Assembly (NCBI RefSeq): GCF_000023965.1
Contig: NC_013202.1
Location: forward strand, 240,001-272,000
Source: Halomicrobium mukohataei DSM 12286
GTDB lineage: Archaea > Halobacteriota > Halobacteria > Halobacteriales > Haloarculaceae
DNA: 32,000 nt
Reading direction: 5' to 3'
In this document: positions 17,501 to 25,685 of the stretch, one piece after another
How the letters are laid out: each line of letters begins with the position of its first letter
How positions within the stretch are numbered: the stretch's first letter is position 1
Position numbers and translations under genes: made by a program
Notes under the pieces: model-generated
The model's database searches: none
Told to the model about the DNA's origin: nothing
The model's input: the letters and a program-made list of their open reading frames with translations, nothing else

Positions 17501-17768
17501 CGAGGAGGTCGTCGCGATGGTCGACGAGGTCAGCAGCGTCAGCCAGCAGGCCGCGGCCGAGGCGACAAGCGTCTCCTCGGCGGCGGAGGAACAGGCCGCA
17601 TCGGTCAACAACATCTCCCAGAACGTCCGCTCCGTCGCCGACATGGCCGACGATCTCGAAGCGCTGGTCGAGGCCTTCGAGGTCCAGCAGTCCGCGGCCG
17701 ACGGCGACGCGAGCGCAGCGGGAGCCAGCGCCGACGGCGGCTGGTCGCCCGACGACGGCGCGGAGTGA
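14568..17768 (+). CDS. Methyl-accepting chemotaxis transducer (Htr/MCP) with large extracellular Cache-like domain and poly-HAMP array
   Basis: Track ORF from GTG 14538; ATG at 14568 or 14574 is preferred. TM1 is [14 protein letters not shown] and TM2 is [21 protein letters not shown], with about 500 aa between them. HAMP units follow, then the conserved signalling hairpin [35 protein letters not shown]. Confidence 0.95.
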   Translation: MSMDLKVKLVVLMLAISLLPLGSVGALATQNMGSLNQDAQDRSAQELRGAMTDDLNNSVRARQSSLQNQFDQREVDMRSLAQSGAMDNYQAARQGKMQLVQEASQRQVGYTALEMRNAIESTTQTVLDTEYDGREWEELSPREQRAVKQRVERIIAGTDGDGTTADGTMDETFQPGYIGETGYAYVTDLDSNVVVHHRLEDGHNFADDSGGSLTVFDDIKANIESTPALRNGETWGVAEYEWEDTTQDGNPTETQLVAYTYYEPFDWIVAPSVYYYELQERAVADSEARLADSFEQYLETRTVSVNREQRYAYDEIIFVDKRGREVISATREGERAVTERDGSGWHADKSWFTSAGAVANGEVAFNRIEEENGSQRMYVSTPVYQDGRFRGVVVAQFNYSIVTEITNGVSVGETGYLYVVNDRGEMVSHPNETKVAQRVDVAGGEYGEELGNITTEQMLAARSGMATHTRTVGGEETTRYVVYAPLQVGDRQFSLVGTVPESDIEGPIAALGDALQQRTDDARNLILLLSGIAALVVVAAGYAVARYVASPIEQMRDRATEMAQGRFDGELDVDDRDDEIGEMVEAFEEMEANLTRQITEIEAVSASLSEGEIDDDLHTDLPGSFGDIMTDLQDGMTQLRTSFAQISRASENVRTGKLDQEIDSDLPGEYGAVMDELDAGLQQLSESFDRLRTASTALSERRLDEDLGTDLPGAYGDVMTNIDAGLDAVEESIARVQSIAREVSSATDDAAASAQEVERASQEVAESVQEISHGADRQSEQLQEAAAEMNDMSATVEEVASSAVDVANTSERAADRAEAGSERASEASREIEGIEAETEQAVEQVAALESEIDEISEIVSMITDIAEQTNMLALNASIEAARAGEAGEGFAVVADEIKGLAGEAAAATEEIDGLITELQATTGETVDDIESMRDRVENGADTIEDAIAMFDEIAESATEAEHGVREISEATDDQAASTEEVVAMVDEVSSVSQQAAAEATSVSSAAEEQAASVNNISQNVRSVADMADDLEALVEAFEVQQSAADGDASAAGASADGGWSPDDGAE

Positions 17769-17834
17769 CGGCGCGGAGAGACGCCGCGGAGCTGTCAGGA
17801 CGCGCCTACGGTACGCAACGCGGACACGGGTAGC

Positions 17835-17840
17835 TTTTTT
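17835..17840 (+). terminator. T6 tract after the transducer gene (may double as the pncB TATA region)
   Basis: GTAGCTTTTTTCTC lies 67 nt after the MCP stop and 25-30 nt upstream of the pncB ATG. Confidence 0.35.
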
Positions 17841-17864
17841 CTCGGGGCCTCCGAACGTCGGTCA

Positions 17865-19034
17865 ATGACGGAGTCGTTCGACATCGTCTCGCCCGAGCAG
17901 ATTCGCTCGGGTCGGGCGACCGACGCCTACTTCGACCGGACGATCGAGGCACTGGACCACGCCGGCAAGAACCCACACGTCGTCGCGGAGGTGACCGCAG
18001 ACCAGTTCCCGACCGGCGAGTGGGAGCTGCTCGCGGGGCTGAAAGACGCGGCCCACCTCTTCGAGGGACGAGGCGTCGACGTGGACGCGATCCCGGAGGG
18101 GCGGCTGTTCGACGGCGGTCCGGTCGCACGGATCGAGGGGCCGTACCGGGAGTTCTGTCGGCTGGAGACGGCCCTTCTCGGCTTTCTCTCTCACGCGACC
18201 GGCGTCGCCACGCGGGCGCTGGAGGCCCGCCGTGCGGCCCCCGACTCGCAGGTCCTCTCCTTTGGCTCTCGGCACGTCCACCCCTCGATCGGCGCGATGG
18301 TCGAGCGGTCGGCGCTGCTCGCCGGCCTCGACGGCATCTCGAACGTCGCAGCTGGCGAGGTGCTGGACCGGGCGGCCGGCGGGACGATGCCCCACGCGCT
18401 GGTGATCTGCTTCGGTCGCGGCAATCAGGAAGACGCCTGGCGGGCTTTCGACGAGGCCGTCGACGCCGACGTGCCCCGGATCACGCTGTGTGACACCTAC
18501 AGCGACGAGGTCGACGAGTCGCTGCGGGCGGCCGCGGCGATCGAGGACTTAGAGAGCGTCCGCATCGACACGACCGGCTCCCGGCGCGGGGACTTCGAGC
18601 ACATCCTGAAGGAGGTGCGCTGGACGCTGGACGCTCACGGCCACGAGGACGTGGGAATCTTCGCCAGCGGCGGTCTGGGACCGACGGAGCTGGCGCGGCT
18701 GTCCGGCGTCGTCGAGGGGTTCGGCGTCGGCGGGTACGTCAGCAACGCCGATCCGGTCGACTTCGCGCTGGACATCGTCGAGGTAGAGGGCGAGCCGGCC
18801 GCCAAGCGCGGGAAGCTCACGGGCACGAAGCAGGTGTATCGCACGCCAGACGGCGGCCACCACGTAGGGCTTGCAGACCGAGCGGGGCCGACGGACGGGC
18901 AGGCCCTGCTCGAACCGCTCGTGCGCGACGGGACCGTCGTCCGCGAGTTCGATCTGGACGCCGCCGCCCAGCGGGCGGCCGACGACGCCGACGCCGTCGG
19001 GTTCGAGCCCGTCGACGGCGGGACGAAGGCTTAA
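17865..19034 (+). CDS. pncB: Nicotinate phosphoribosyltransferase (archaeal type)
   Basis: Track ORF. Contains ATDAYFDRT, ETALLGFLSHATGVAT, FGSRHVHP, GGTMPHALV and RIDTTGSRRGDF, typical of the NAPRTase family. Confidence 0.88.
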   Translation: MTESFDIVSPEQIRSGRATDAYFDRTIEALDHAGKNPHVVAEVTADQFPTGEWELLAGLKDAAHLFEGRGVDVDAIPEGRLFDGGPVARIEGPYREFCRLETALLGFLSHATGVATRALEARRAAPDSQVLSFGSRHVHPSIGAMVERSALLAGLDGISNVAAGEVLDRAAGGTMPHALVICFGRGNQEDAWRAFDEAVDADVPRITLCDTYSDEVDESLRAAAAIEDLESVRIDTTGSRRGDFEHILKEVRWTLDAHGHEDVGIFASGGLGPTELARLSGVVEGFGVGGYVSNADPVDFALDIVEVEGEPAAKRGKLTGTKQVYRTPDGGHHVGLADRAGPTDGQALLEPLVRDGTVVREFDLDAAAQRAADDADAVGFEPVDGGTKA

Positions 19035-19049
19035 TCACGCCCACCGGCT

Positions 19050-19520
19050 AGGTTCCGGTGGCAGAGGGAGACCGGCTTCCGTGAGCGCACACCGTGCGCG
19101 CATGAGGAAAGTCCCCCCACCCGCTGGGCGGGTGACCGGGCGCAAGCCCGGGGCGGGAGACCGTCGGCGCTGGAACAGAAACGAGACCCCTCCACCCGAC
19201 CGATGAGGCGTGCGAACCCGGACCGACGCGGCGCGAGCCGATAAGGAATGGGGAGTTGACCCGCCGAGGGCCGGGCCGTTCCGCGAAGAACGGCCAACGG
19301 GCGGGCGGCGGACGCCGCTGGCCCGCCGCGTCGCGCCTTCCGGCGCGACGCAGACGGTGGAGAACGGATGGAACGGCGAATCCTCACCGGTGCAAGTCCG
19401 TGCCGACAGGTAGCCCGGCACCGCGCGAACGCGCTGGGCACGGACGCTGAGCCGAATGCCGAGAGAACAGAAGGGGGCTTACTCCCCTCAGCCACGAACT
19501 CGCCAGCGACGCCACCGGCC
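19050..19520 (+). ncRNA. rnpB: RNase P RNA, archaeal type A (boundaries approximate, +/- 20 nt)
   Basis: The universal P4 5' strand GAGGAAAGTCC is at 19104-19114. The P4 3' strand and CR-V, ACAGAAGGGGGCTTAC, are at 19467-19482, with the expected bulged U when paired. The P3 hairpin GCGCACACCGTGCGCGC lies just upstream of CR-I. The 5' CCGGTGGC (19055-19062) can pair with GCCACCGG (19511-18) or with GCCAC..GAAC (19491-99) as P1. The region is G+C-rich and non-coding, with only Arg/Pro/Gly-rich spurious ORFs. Confidence 0.85.
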
Positions 19521-19572
19521 ACCAATCTGTTAGCCAGGTGTCTTATCTGCGAGCGGCATGTTACCACGAGAC

Positions 19573-19767
19573 ATGAAAGGACTGCTCAACGAGTCGACTG
19601 CGACGGTCCACAAGTACGAGCCACAGCGTGATCGCGGCGTCACCGAGTGCGGTGCGACGACGACGGTCACCCACGATCAGATGCGAGTGCTACCGGTCGA
19701 ACAGGCCATAGACGAGCGAGACGCGAGCAAGTGCGGTCGTTGCTTCGGCGACGGCGGCGGCTACTGA
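19573..19767 (+). CDS. Small Cys-containing hypothetical protein, 64 aa
   Basis: Internal ATG of track ORF 19558-19767. MKGLLNESTATVHKYEPQRDRGVTECG...ASKCGRCFGDGGGY. GC3 is high and composition acidic to neutral. I recognise no family. Confidence 0.45.
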   Translation: MKGLLNESTATVHKYEPQRDRGVTECGATTTVTHDQMRVLPVEQAIDERDASKCGRCFGDGGGY

Positions 19768-19858
19768 CGGTGTGGGCGACCGAGTGTCCGAACACGAGTC
19801 GTCGGAACCGAACGCGGACCGCCAGTACGTTCAAGAGAGTCCAGACTAGAGGGCCGGT

Positions 19859-20152
19859 GTGGACAGACAGGCACTCGACGAAGCGCTGGCCGATCGCTAC
19901 GACGCCGACGAGCGGAGCCGGCGGATCGTCTCGCGACAGGCCCAGGACCTCGCGGACTCGTGTCGGATCGCGCGGGATCTTGGCTATCCGCTCTCCGTCG
20001 AGGACGTGCTGGCGAACCTCGACGACGCGCCCGAGGGGCACACGCTCGTCGAGCGGTGGAACTGGTGGCTCGGGGCACTGGACCTCTCGCACGGCGGCTA
20101 CGAACGGTTCCGCGTCCGCCCGGACGTTGCCGGGCTCGATCAGTCCGAGTGA
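19859..20152 (+). CDS. Acidic hypothetical protein, 97 aa
   Basis: Track ORF with a GTG start. High GC3 and acidic composition typical of haloarchaeal proteins. I recognise no family. Confidence 0.55.
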   Translation: MDRQALDEALADRYDADERSRRIVSRQAQDLADSCRIARDLGYPLSVEDVLANLDDAPEGHTLVERWNWWLGALDLSHGGYERFRVRPDVAGLDQSE

Positions 20153-20224
20153 GACGCCGCTCCGCCGTCGGTCGGCGTCGCTCGTCGATTCGGCGTCGAA
20201 AAAGCGGTATCGCTGCCAGCGACC

Positions 20225-20347
20225 TCAGAATACCGAGAGGCCGTGTGCTTCTCGCGCGTGTTCGAGAAGCGCGTCCGTGCTATCGAACTGCTCGCCACAG
20301 CTGCACGTGTGATACGTCGGCGTTGTGGTCGACTGGCGTGTCGCCAT
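20225..20347 (-). CDS. Candidate 40-aa zinc-finger-like micro-protein (below the track size cutoff)
   Basis: My own translation of the minus strand gives MATRQSTTTPTYHTCSCGEQFDSTDALLEHAREAHGLSVF, ending in a stop at 20225-20227. The pattern is C-x-C-G-x2-F-x5-L-x2-H-x4-H, which is C2H2-like. About three quarters of third positions are G/C. An AT-rich box lies 21-39 nt upstream. Confidence 0.45.
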   Translation of the reverse strand: MATRQSTTTPTYHTCSCGEQFDSTDALLEHAREAHGLSVF

Positions 20348-20367
20348 ACCTGTCTAATGGGACGTAT

Positions 20368-20386
20368 CCATAATGAATGTTTATGG
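20368..20386 (-). promoter_or_regulatory. AT-rich TATA-like box upstream of the micro-ORF
   Basis: The minus strand reads CCATAAACATTCATTATGG, with inverted CCATAA/TTATGG ends, 21-39 nt upstream of the ATG at 20347. It is the only AT-rich patch in this intergenic region. Confidence 0.4.
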
Positions 20387-20445
20387 AGAATGTGTAACAT
20401 ACGCACGGGTAGCGCTACGTCGACACACGCCGCTCGCCCGCCCGG

Positions 20446-21291
20446 TCACTCTGTCAGACGGTTGTACTCGTCGGTCGTCAGCTCGATCGTCGAAGCGGCG
20501 ACGTTCTGTTCGAGGTGGTCGACGCTCGACGTGCCGGGAATCGGGAGCATCACGTCGGAGTGGGCCAGCAGCCACGCCAGCGCGATCTGGTACGGCGTCG
20601 CGTCGTGTGCCTGGGCCACGTCCTCGACGACCGACCGCTTCTCGCCGAGGTCGCCGGCCCCGAGCGGGAACCACGGGACGAAACCGACGCCCTTCTGCTC
20701 GCAGGCTTCGAGGACCGCCTCGTCCTCGCGGTTGGCGACGTTGTACTCGTTTTGCACCGTCGCGATCTCGACGATCTCCTCAGCAGTTTCGAGTTGCTCG
20801 ACGGTGACGTTCGAGAGCCCGACGTGGTCGATCAGTCCCTCATCCTTGCACTCTGCGAGTGCAGTCACCGACGCCTCGAACGCCACGTCGGGGTCGGGCC
20901 GGTGGAGCTGGTAGAGATCGATCCGGTCGGTGCCGAGCCGGTCGCGGCTACAGAGCACCGCGTTGCGCAGGTAGTCCGGATCGCCGTGCGGGAGCCAGTC
21001 GCCGTCGGTGTTGCGCAGCAGGCCGCCTTTCGTCGCGACGACGAGGTCGTCCCGGTCGACGTCCAGGGCCTCGCCGATCAGACGCTCGCTGACGCCGGGG
21101 CCGTAGGAGTCGGCCGTGTCGACGAAGTCGACGCCGATCTCGTCGGCGTGTTCGAGCAGTTCGTGAGCAGCGTCCTCGTCGGCCGGCAGGCCGATGATGT
21201 CCTCGCCGGTCAGTCGCATCGCGCCGTACCCGAGACGGTTGACCGTCAGCTCGCCGCCGACGTCGAACGTGTCGCTCTCGTTGTGAACCAT
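20446..21291 (-). CDS. Aldo/keto reductase family oxidoreductase
   Basis: Internal ATG (21291) of track ORF 20446-21381. Contains LGYGAMRLTG, DTADSYGPG, LYQLHRPD, GLSN and IPGTSS, the AKR signature blocks. Confidence 0.9.
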   Translation of the reverse strand: MVHNESDTFDVGGELTVNRLGYGAMRLTGEDIIGLPADEDAAHELLEHADEIGVDFVDTADSYGPGVSERLIGEALDVDRDDLVVATKGGLLRNTDGDWLPHGDPDYLRNAVLCSRDRLGTDRIDLYQLHRPDPDVAFEASVTALAECKDEGLIDHVGLSNVTVEQLETAEEIVEIATVQNEYNVANREDEAVLEACEQKGVGFVPWFPLGAGDLGEKRSVVEDVAQAHDATPYQIALAWLLAHSDVMLPIPGTSSVDHLEQNVAASTIELTTDEYNRLTE

Positions 21292-21412
21292 CGTGTGAAC
21301 GGTCGTGGGCGAGCCGTTTGAGCGTTCGTCCCGCGACACCCATATTGTGGCCCCGAAGCGCGCGAACGCAACACGAACCAACGGCAGAGAACTCGGCCGT
21401 ATCGCTCGACAG

Positions 21413-22384
21413 TCAGTCTGCCGGGTTCACGTACACGTCGAAGCGGTAGAACCGGTCGTCGTACTTCAGGTAGACACCGCTCTCGAACCGGGGGCGCTGG
21501 CGCTCGGGGTCGGCGTCCAGCAGGTCGTGGCGCTCCAGGGCCCGGAGCAGGCCGCGGTACTCCTCGGACAGCGGCGTCGTCTCCTCGTACTCGCCCGCGG
21601 AGGCCCGCTGGAACAGCCGCCGCTGCTCGTCCGGGAACTGTTCGTCGACGCGAACGTCGACCAGCGCGCCGTCGAGGGCCCGCTCGAAGGCGGCCTCCGT
21701 GTCGGCGATCTCGATCGCCATCGCCGTGTAGACCGGTTCTTCGAGGCGTCGGCGAGTGACCGACACCTCCAGGATCGTGTCGTGGACCGAGACGTGCCGG
21801 TGGTCCGGGTCGGGAGCCAGCTCGCTCTCGCTGTCGTCGAGGAACCGGTAGACGTAGCCCCCCTCCTCGACGATGTCGTGGGGGTAGCCGCCGCCGTGCT
21901 CGCGAGCGCGGGCGACCACGTACGCCGGGAAGACGGCGCGGGCGTCGATCGCCGGGAGGTCCTCGCGCTCGATCGCCGCGGGCGGATCGTCGAGTTCGTC
22001 GCGCCGGCCGATCCACTCCAGTCGCAGGACCGACCGCTCGACCTCGCGCAGGTCGGTCGGCGTCGAGTGGAGTTCGTAGTAGGTGCCCTCGTGTTCGACG
22101 TAGGTCTGCTCGTCGGGGACCAGATCGTAGCCGACAGTGGTGTATCGCTCGCCGTCGACGACGGCGTCGTAGAGGCGGCGTTGCTCGGCTGCCCAGGGCG
22201 CGTCGCCGTCGCCGGGCGACCAGCCGACCCTGTCGAGCAGCGTCTCGCCGATCTCGTCGACCGAGAGCGTGTAGGACAGCTGTGGAGCGTCGGCGGTCGA
22301 TTCGAGCGCGCCACAGCCGGCCAGCGAACCGACCCCAGCGAGACCGACGGCTGTCAGGAGGGACCGGCGGGACCAATGGGACAT
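21413..22384 (-). CDS. Tat-exported lipoprotein, function unknown, 323 aa
   Basis: Internal ATG (22384) of track ORF 21413-22522. MSHWSRRSLLTAVGLAGVGSLAGC combines a twin-arginine motif with a lipobox Cys. The mature part is acidic and I recognise no domain. Confidence 0.75.
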   Translation of the reverse strand: MSHWSRRSLLTAVGLAGVGSLAGCGALESTADAPQLSYTLSVDEIGETLLDRVGWSPGDGDAPWAAEQRRLYDAVVDGERYTTVGYDLVPDEQTYVEHEGTYYELHSTPTDLREVERSVLRLEWIGRRDELDDPPAAIEREDLPAIDARAVFPAYVVARAREHGGGYPHDIVEEGGYVYRFLDDSESELAPDPDHRHVSVHDTILEVSVTRRRLEEPVYTAMAIEIADTEAAFERALDGALVDVRVDEQFPDEQRRLFQRASAGEYEETTPLSEEYRGLLRALERHDLLDADPERQRPRFESGVYLKYDDRFYRFDVYVNPAD

Positions 22385-22637
22385 ACGCGAGTCTGGCACG
22401 CCGACCGGCAAATGCGTTGTGACGCGACGGCCGTCAGACCCGTCTCGCTGGCGACGGTTAGTGAGTCGATACGAGTCCGTATTTGCCAGACGTGTCCGTG
22501 TCCCGTCGGCGGCCTTGGACACGCAAAGGGGGGGACCGAAGCCCGGAACAGCGGCGTTTCCACCGGTTTCGGCCGCACAGTCCGCTCCGTGTTAGGTTCC
22601 GTATACTGACGTGTCGGTCCGCCGTGTAGCGTCACGT

Positions 22638-23873
22638 ATGTTCGAAACTCGCAGCACACTCGCTCTCCTGTGTGCGGGGCTGCTCGTGTCTGGAGGAGCG
22701 GTGGGGGCCGCTGGGGGACAGTCAGCAGAGCAGGTGACGTTGACGGTCACCGTCGTCGACAGCGACGGCGAGTCGCTTGGCGGTATCGACCTGACGGCGT
22801 CGTGGGACACAGAGGGAGGGGGATCGATCGACGAGACGACTCGGTCGAACGGGCAGGTCCTGATCGACGTGCCCGCGGGAGCCGACGTGACGATCACGGT
22901 CGACGACGACCAGTACGTGCGCAACGAGCCCTTCGTGGCCGAGAACGCGACCACCGAGCGCGTCGACGTGCCGGTGACGGTCGCGGGCACCGCCGAGATC
23001 GAGGTCGTCGACGCGGACGGCCGGGTCGACAACGCGACCGTCCGGCTCTCGCGGTCCGGCACCACCGTGATGGACGCCCGCACGAACGCGAGCGGCGCGG
23101 CCACGTCCCAGATGATCGAACAGGGGACCTACGCACTGAGCGTCTGGACGGACGGCTACCTCCGCAACCGAACGCGACTGACCGTCGACGGAGACGTGAC
23201 CCGTCGAGTCGAGATCCGGCGGGCGTCGCGGCTGGTGACGTTCTCCGTGACCGACGACCACTTCGCGGAGCCACGCGCGATCGAGAACGCCCAGATCACC
23301 GTCGCCGGAAACACCGTCACCACGCTCTCGAACGGCGAAGCGACGATCCGGCTGCCAGTCAACAGCAACTACGAGGTCGAGATCACGAAAGCGGGCTACG
23401 AGACAGTCACCCAATCGCTGACGATCCGCGAGTCGGCGGTCCAGCGGAACGTCTCGATCCAGCGTACCGACGCGATCTCGATCGAGTCGGATCAAACGCA
23501 GGTCGTCGTGGGACAGTCGGTGCGGGTGACGGTCACCGACGAGTACGGGAGTGCCGTCGAGAACGCGAGCGTCTCGGTCGGCGGCGAAGCTGTCGGTCAG
23601 ACCGACGGGAGCGGCGAGATCGCCGTCCCGGTCGACGACACGGGCGAAGTCGAGATCGAAGCCGCGAGCGACGACCTCAGTGCGACGACGACCGTGGAGG
23701 GAATCGATCCGAACGCGGACGACGAGACGGAAACGACGGACAGTACCGCGACGGCGACCGCCACCGAGCAGACGACCACGGAGCCGACCAGCCTCACCGG
23801 ACCGGGCTTTACCGGTCTCGGGGCGTTGCTGGCCGGACTCGTCGCCCTCGCGCTGCTCGCACGCCGGCAGTAA
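22638..23873 (+). CDS. Secreted cell-surface protein with four PEGA/CarboxypepD_reg-like repeats and a PGF-CTERM anchor
   Basis: ATG at 22638 (track start 22611 is GTG). Signal peptide MFETRSTLALLCAGLLVSGGAVGAAG. Four ~80-aa beta-rich repeats (for example ...YEVEITKAGYETVTQSLTI). A Thr/Glu-rich linker is followed by GPGFTGLGALLAGLVALALLARRQ, the archaeosortase ArtA sorting signal. Several N-x-S/T sequons are present. Confidence 0.88.
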   Translation: MFETRSTLALLCAGLLVSGGAVGAAGGQSAEQVTLTVTVVDSDGESLGGIDLTASWDTEGGGSIDETTRSNGQVLIDVPAGADVTITVDDDQYVRNEPFVAENATTERVDVPVTVAGTAEIEVVDADGRVDNATVRLSRSGTTVMDARTNASGAATSQMIEQGTYALSVWTDGYLRNRTRLTVDGDVTRRVEIRRASRLVTFSVTDDHFAEPRAIENAQITVAGNTVTTLSNGEATIRLPVNSNYEVEITKAGYETVTQSLTIRESAVQRNVSIQRTDAISIESDQTQVVVGQSVRVTVTDEYGSAVENASVSVGGEAVGQTDGSGEIAVPVDDTGEVEIEAASDDLSATTTVEGIDPNADDETETTDSTATATATEQTTTEPTSLTGPGFTGLGALLAGLVALALLARRQ

Positions 23874-23920
23874 GCCGGAGTGCGCCACCCTTAATTCGCC
23901 GAGGCACCCACTCTGGAGCA

Positions 23921-25009
23921 ATGACTGTCATCGAGGGCGTTCACGAGGATCGCGGCGCGACGTTCCGGACGGTGGGCGGGAACCGCGTCGTCGCCAACTA
24001 CGGTCGCCCCGAACGAGTCCACCGGGCGGTCCGGCAGGTCGTCGGCGTGATCGAGATGGGGTACGGCGTCGTCACAGTCACCGGCGACGACCGGATCGAC
24101 TTCGTCGACAACGCCGTCTCGAACCGCGTCCCGACCGCCGACGGCGACGGGGTCTACTCGCTGCTGCTCGACCCGCAGGGCCACGTCGAGACCGAACTCT
24201 ACGTCTACAACGCGGGCGAGCGACTGCTGCTTTTCGTCCCGCCGGCCCGCGCCGACCCCCTCGTCGAGGACTGGCGCGAGAAGACGTTCATCCAGGACGT
24301 GACGATCGCCGACGCGACCGACGAGTTCGCGGTCTTCGGGGTCCACGGCCCCAAGGCGACGGAGAAGATCGCGAGCGTGCTCAACAAAACCGCGACGCCC
24401 GAGACGCCGCTCTCGTTCGTCCGCGGGTCGATGGTCGACGCCGGTGTGACCGTCGTTCGCAGCGACGGGCTGGTCGGCGAAGAGGGGTTCGAGGTCGTCT
24501 GCAGCGCCGACGTGGCCCGCGACGTGTACGACACCCTGGAGAACCGCGGTCTCAACGCCGCTCCCTTCGGCTACGACACGTGGGACGCGCTGACCCTGGA
24601 GGCGGGGACGCCGCTGTTCGACACCGAGATCGAGGGCCAGATTCCGAACGTCGTCGGCCTCGCGAACGGCGTCGACTTCGAGAAGGGCTGTTTCGTCGGC
24701 CAGGAGGTCGTCTCGCGTGTCCACAACCGCGGCCGGCCCTCGAAGCGACTCGTCGGACTCACCTGTGGTGCGGTCCCCGAGTCGGGGGCCGCGGTCTTCG
24801 TCGACGACGCCAGCGTCGGCGCGGTGACGCGAGCCGTCGAGAGCCCGACCCGCGAGGAACCGATCGCCCTCGCACGCGTCGACTACGAACTACCCGACGG
24901 GACGCCGTCGGTCCGGGTCGACGGCGGCGAAGTGGACGCCGAGCTGGCCGCCCTGCCCTTCGTCACCGGCTCGGACGAGTCCGCGCGACTCCCGCGGTAC
25001 GAGAGATAG
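23921..25009 (+). CDS. Aminomethyltransferase-fold folate-binding protein (GcvT/YgfZ family)
   Basis: ATG at 23921, inside the long composite track ORF 22670-25009. Contains HEDRGATF, YGVVTVTGDDRIDFVDN, GEEGFEV, LTLEAGTP and FEKGCFVGQEVVSR, typical of the GcvT/YgfZ family. Confidence 0.85.
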   Translation: MTVIEGVHEDRGATFRTVGGNRVVANYGRPERVHRAVRQVVGVIEMGYGVVTVTGDDRIDFVDNAVSNRVPTADGDGVYSLLLDPQGHVETELYVYNAGERLLLFVPPARADPLVEDWREKTFIQDVTIADATDEFAVFGVHGPKATEKIASVLNKTATPETPLSFVRGSMVDAGVTVVRSDGLVGEEGFEVVCSADVARDVYDTLENRGLNAAPFGYDTWDALTLEAGTPLFDTEIEGQIPNVVGLANGVDFEKGCFVGQEVVSRVHNRGRPSKRLVGLTCGAVPESGAAVFVDDASVGAVTRAVESPTREEPIALARVDYELPDGTPSVRVDGGEVDAELAALPFVTGSDESARLPRYER

Positions 25010-25045
25010 GATCGGACCAGCGGACGACCGGCTGGAGAGAGGAGA

Positions 25046-25429
25046 TCAGTACGACTCGGTTTCGAGGGCAGAGACCCGCTCGAAGTGTTCGTCTCGCGTG
25101 ACGAGCGACGCCCCGTTGTGTCGGCAGACGCCAGCGATGAGCGTGTCGCCGAGATTGATTCGCTCCCCGGCATCGAGGAGTTCGGCTTCGATCAGAGCGG
25201 CTTCTCTCGTCACTGGTTCGGACAACGGGAGCGGTTCGAGCCAGTCGAGCGCGGACGCAACGCGCTCGATCCCGTCGACACCGTCGGTTCGAGCGGCCCC
25301 GCGATACACCTCGAAGAGCGCCAGCGACGGCGCGAAAAGGGGCTTGTCTTCGTGGGCTTCGAGGTACGCCCCGGCAGCGTCGACGCCGTCGAGGTAATCC
25401 AGGAGAAAACAGGTGTCGAACGCGATCAT
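25046..25429 (-). CDS. vapC: PIN-domain toxin VapC (type II TA)
   Basis: Track ORF. MIAFDTCFLLDYL carries the first acidic residue, followed by ...EAEL...GDTLIAGV...LVTRDEHF. Its start overlaps the vapB stop by 4 nt (ATGA). Confidence 0.88.
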   Translation of the reverse strand: MIAFDTCFLLDYLDGVDAAGAYLEAHEDKPLFAPSLALFEVYRGAARTDGVDGIERVASALDWLEPLPLSEPVTREAALIEAELLDAGERINLGDTLIAGVCRHNGASLVTRDEHFERVSALETESY

Positions 25430-25650
25430 CGCTCGGATCGTTCTCGGAGGTCGCCATCCAGATCGTCACGCGTCGCCGTGACGGCTTCCCGAAAGCCGTC
25501 GACGCCGCTCATCGCCCCGAACCCCTTCATCACGTCGCGATCACTCCCGGTGAGACGGTTGATCACGTCGGTAAAACTCTCGTCCTCGCGTTTGTGTTCC
25601 CGTAATCGCTCGTACGCTTCGTCCGTGATCGTGAGACTCTTGGTACCCAT
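25426..25650 (-). CDS. vapB: Antitoxin VapB (archaeal UPF0330-like antitoxin), 74 aa
   Basis: Track ORF. MGTKSLTITDEAYERLREHKREDESFTDVINRL is the typical N-terminus of archaeal VapB-type antitoxins. It is translationally coupled to vapC. Confidence 0.85.
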   Translation of the reverse strand: MGTKSLTITDEAYERLREHKREDESFTDVINRLTGSDRDVMKGFGAMSGVDGFREAVTATRDDLDGDLRERSER

Positions 25651-25653
25651 AGA

Positions 25654-25685
25654 CGTACGTGTGGGTGTACACCCAGTTATATTTT
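25654..25685 (-). promoter_or_regulatory. vapBC promoter with palindromic operator candidates
   Basis: A perfect 14-bp palindrome TGGGTGTACACCCA (25662-25675) and an adjacent ACGTACGT (25654-25661) lie between a TATA-like AAAATATAA (minus strand, 25676-25685) and the vapB ATG at 25650. Confidence 0.5.

Noticed and set aside
19031-19567. ORFs on both strands across 19031-19631 (178 aa, 128 aa, 111 aa and others).
   Set aside because: They overlap the RNase P RNA and have Arg/Pro/Gly/Ala-rich basic translations. The region is explained by the structured RNA.
20140-20406. 88-aa minus-strand ORF, and the 223-aa plus-strand ORF 20243-20914.
   Set aside because: Both have basic Arg/Ser/Cys-rich translations. 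The plus-strand ORF is antisense to the aldo/keto reductase. The 40-aa zinc-finger-like frame explains the coding signal better.
22670-23920. The 5' 417 codons of the 779-aa track ORF 22670-25009, suggesting a giant fusion protein.
   Set aside because: This part is an alternative frame of the PGF-CTERM gene and translates to an Arg/Gly/Asp-rich nonsense-like sequence. The recognisable GcvT/YgfZ domain starts at the ATG at 23921, 48 nt after the PGF-CTERM gene stop.
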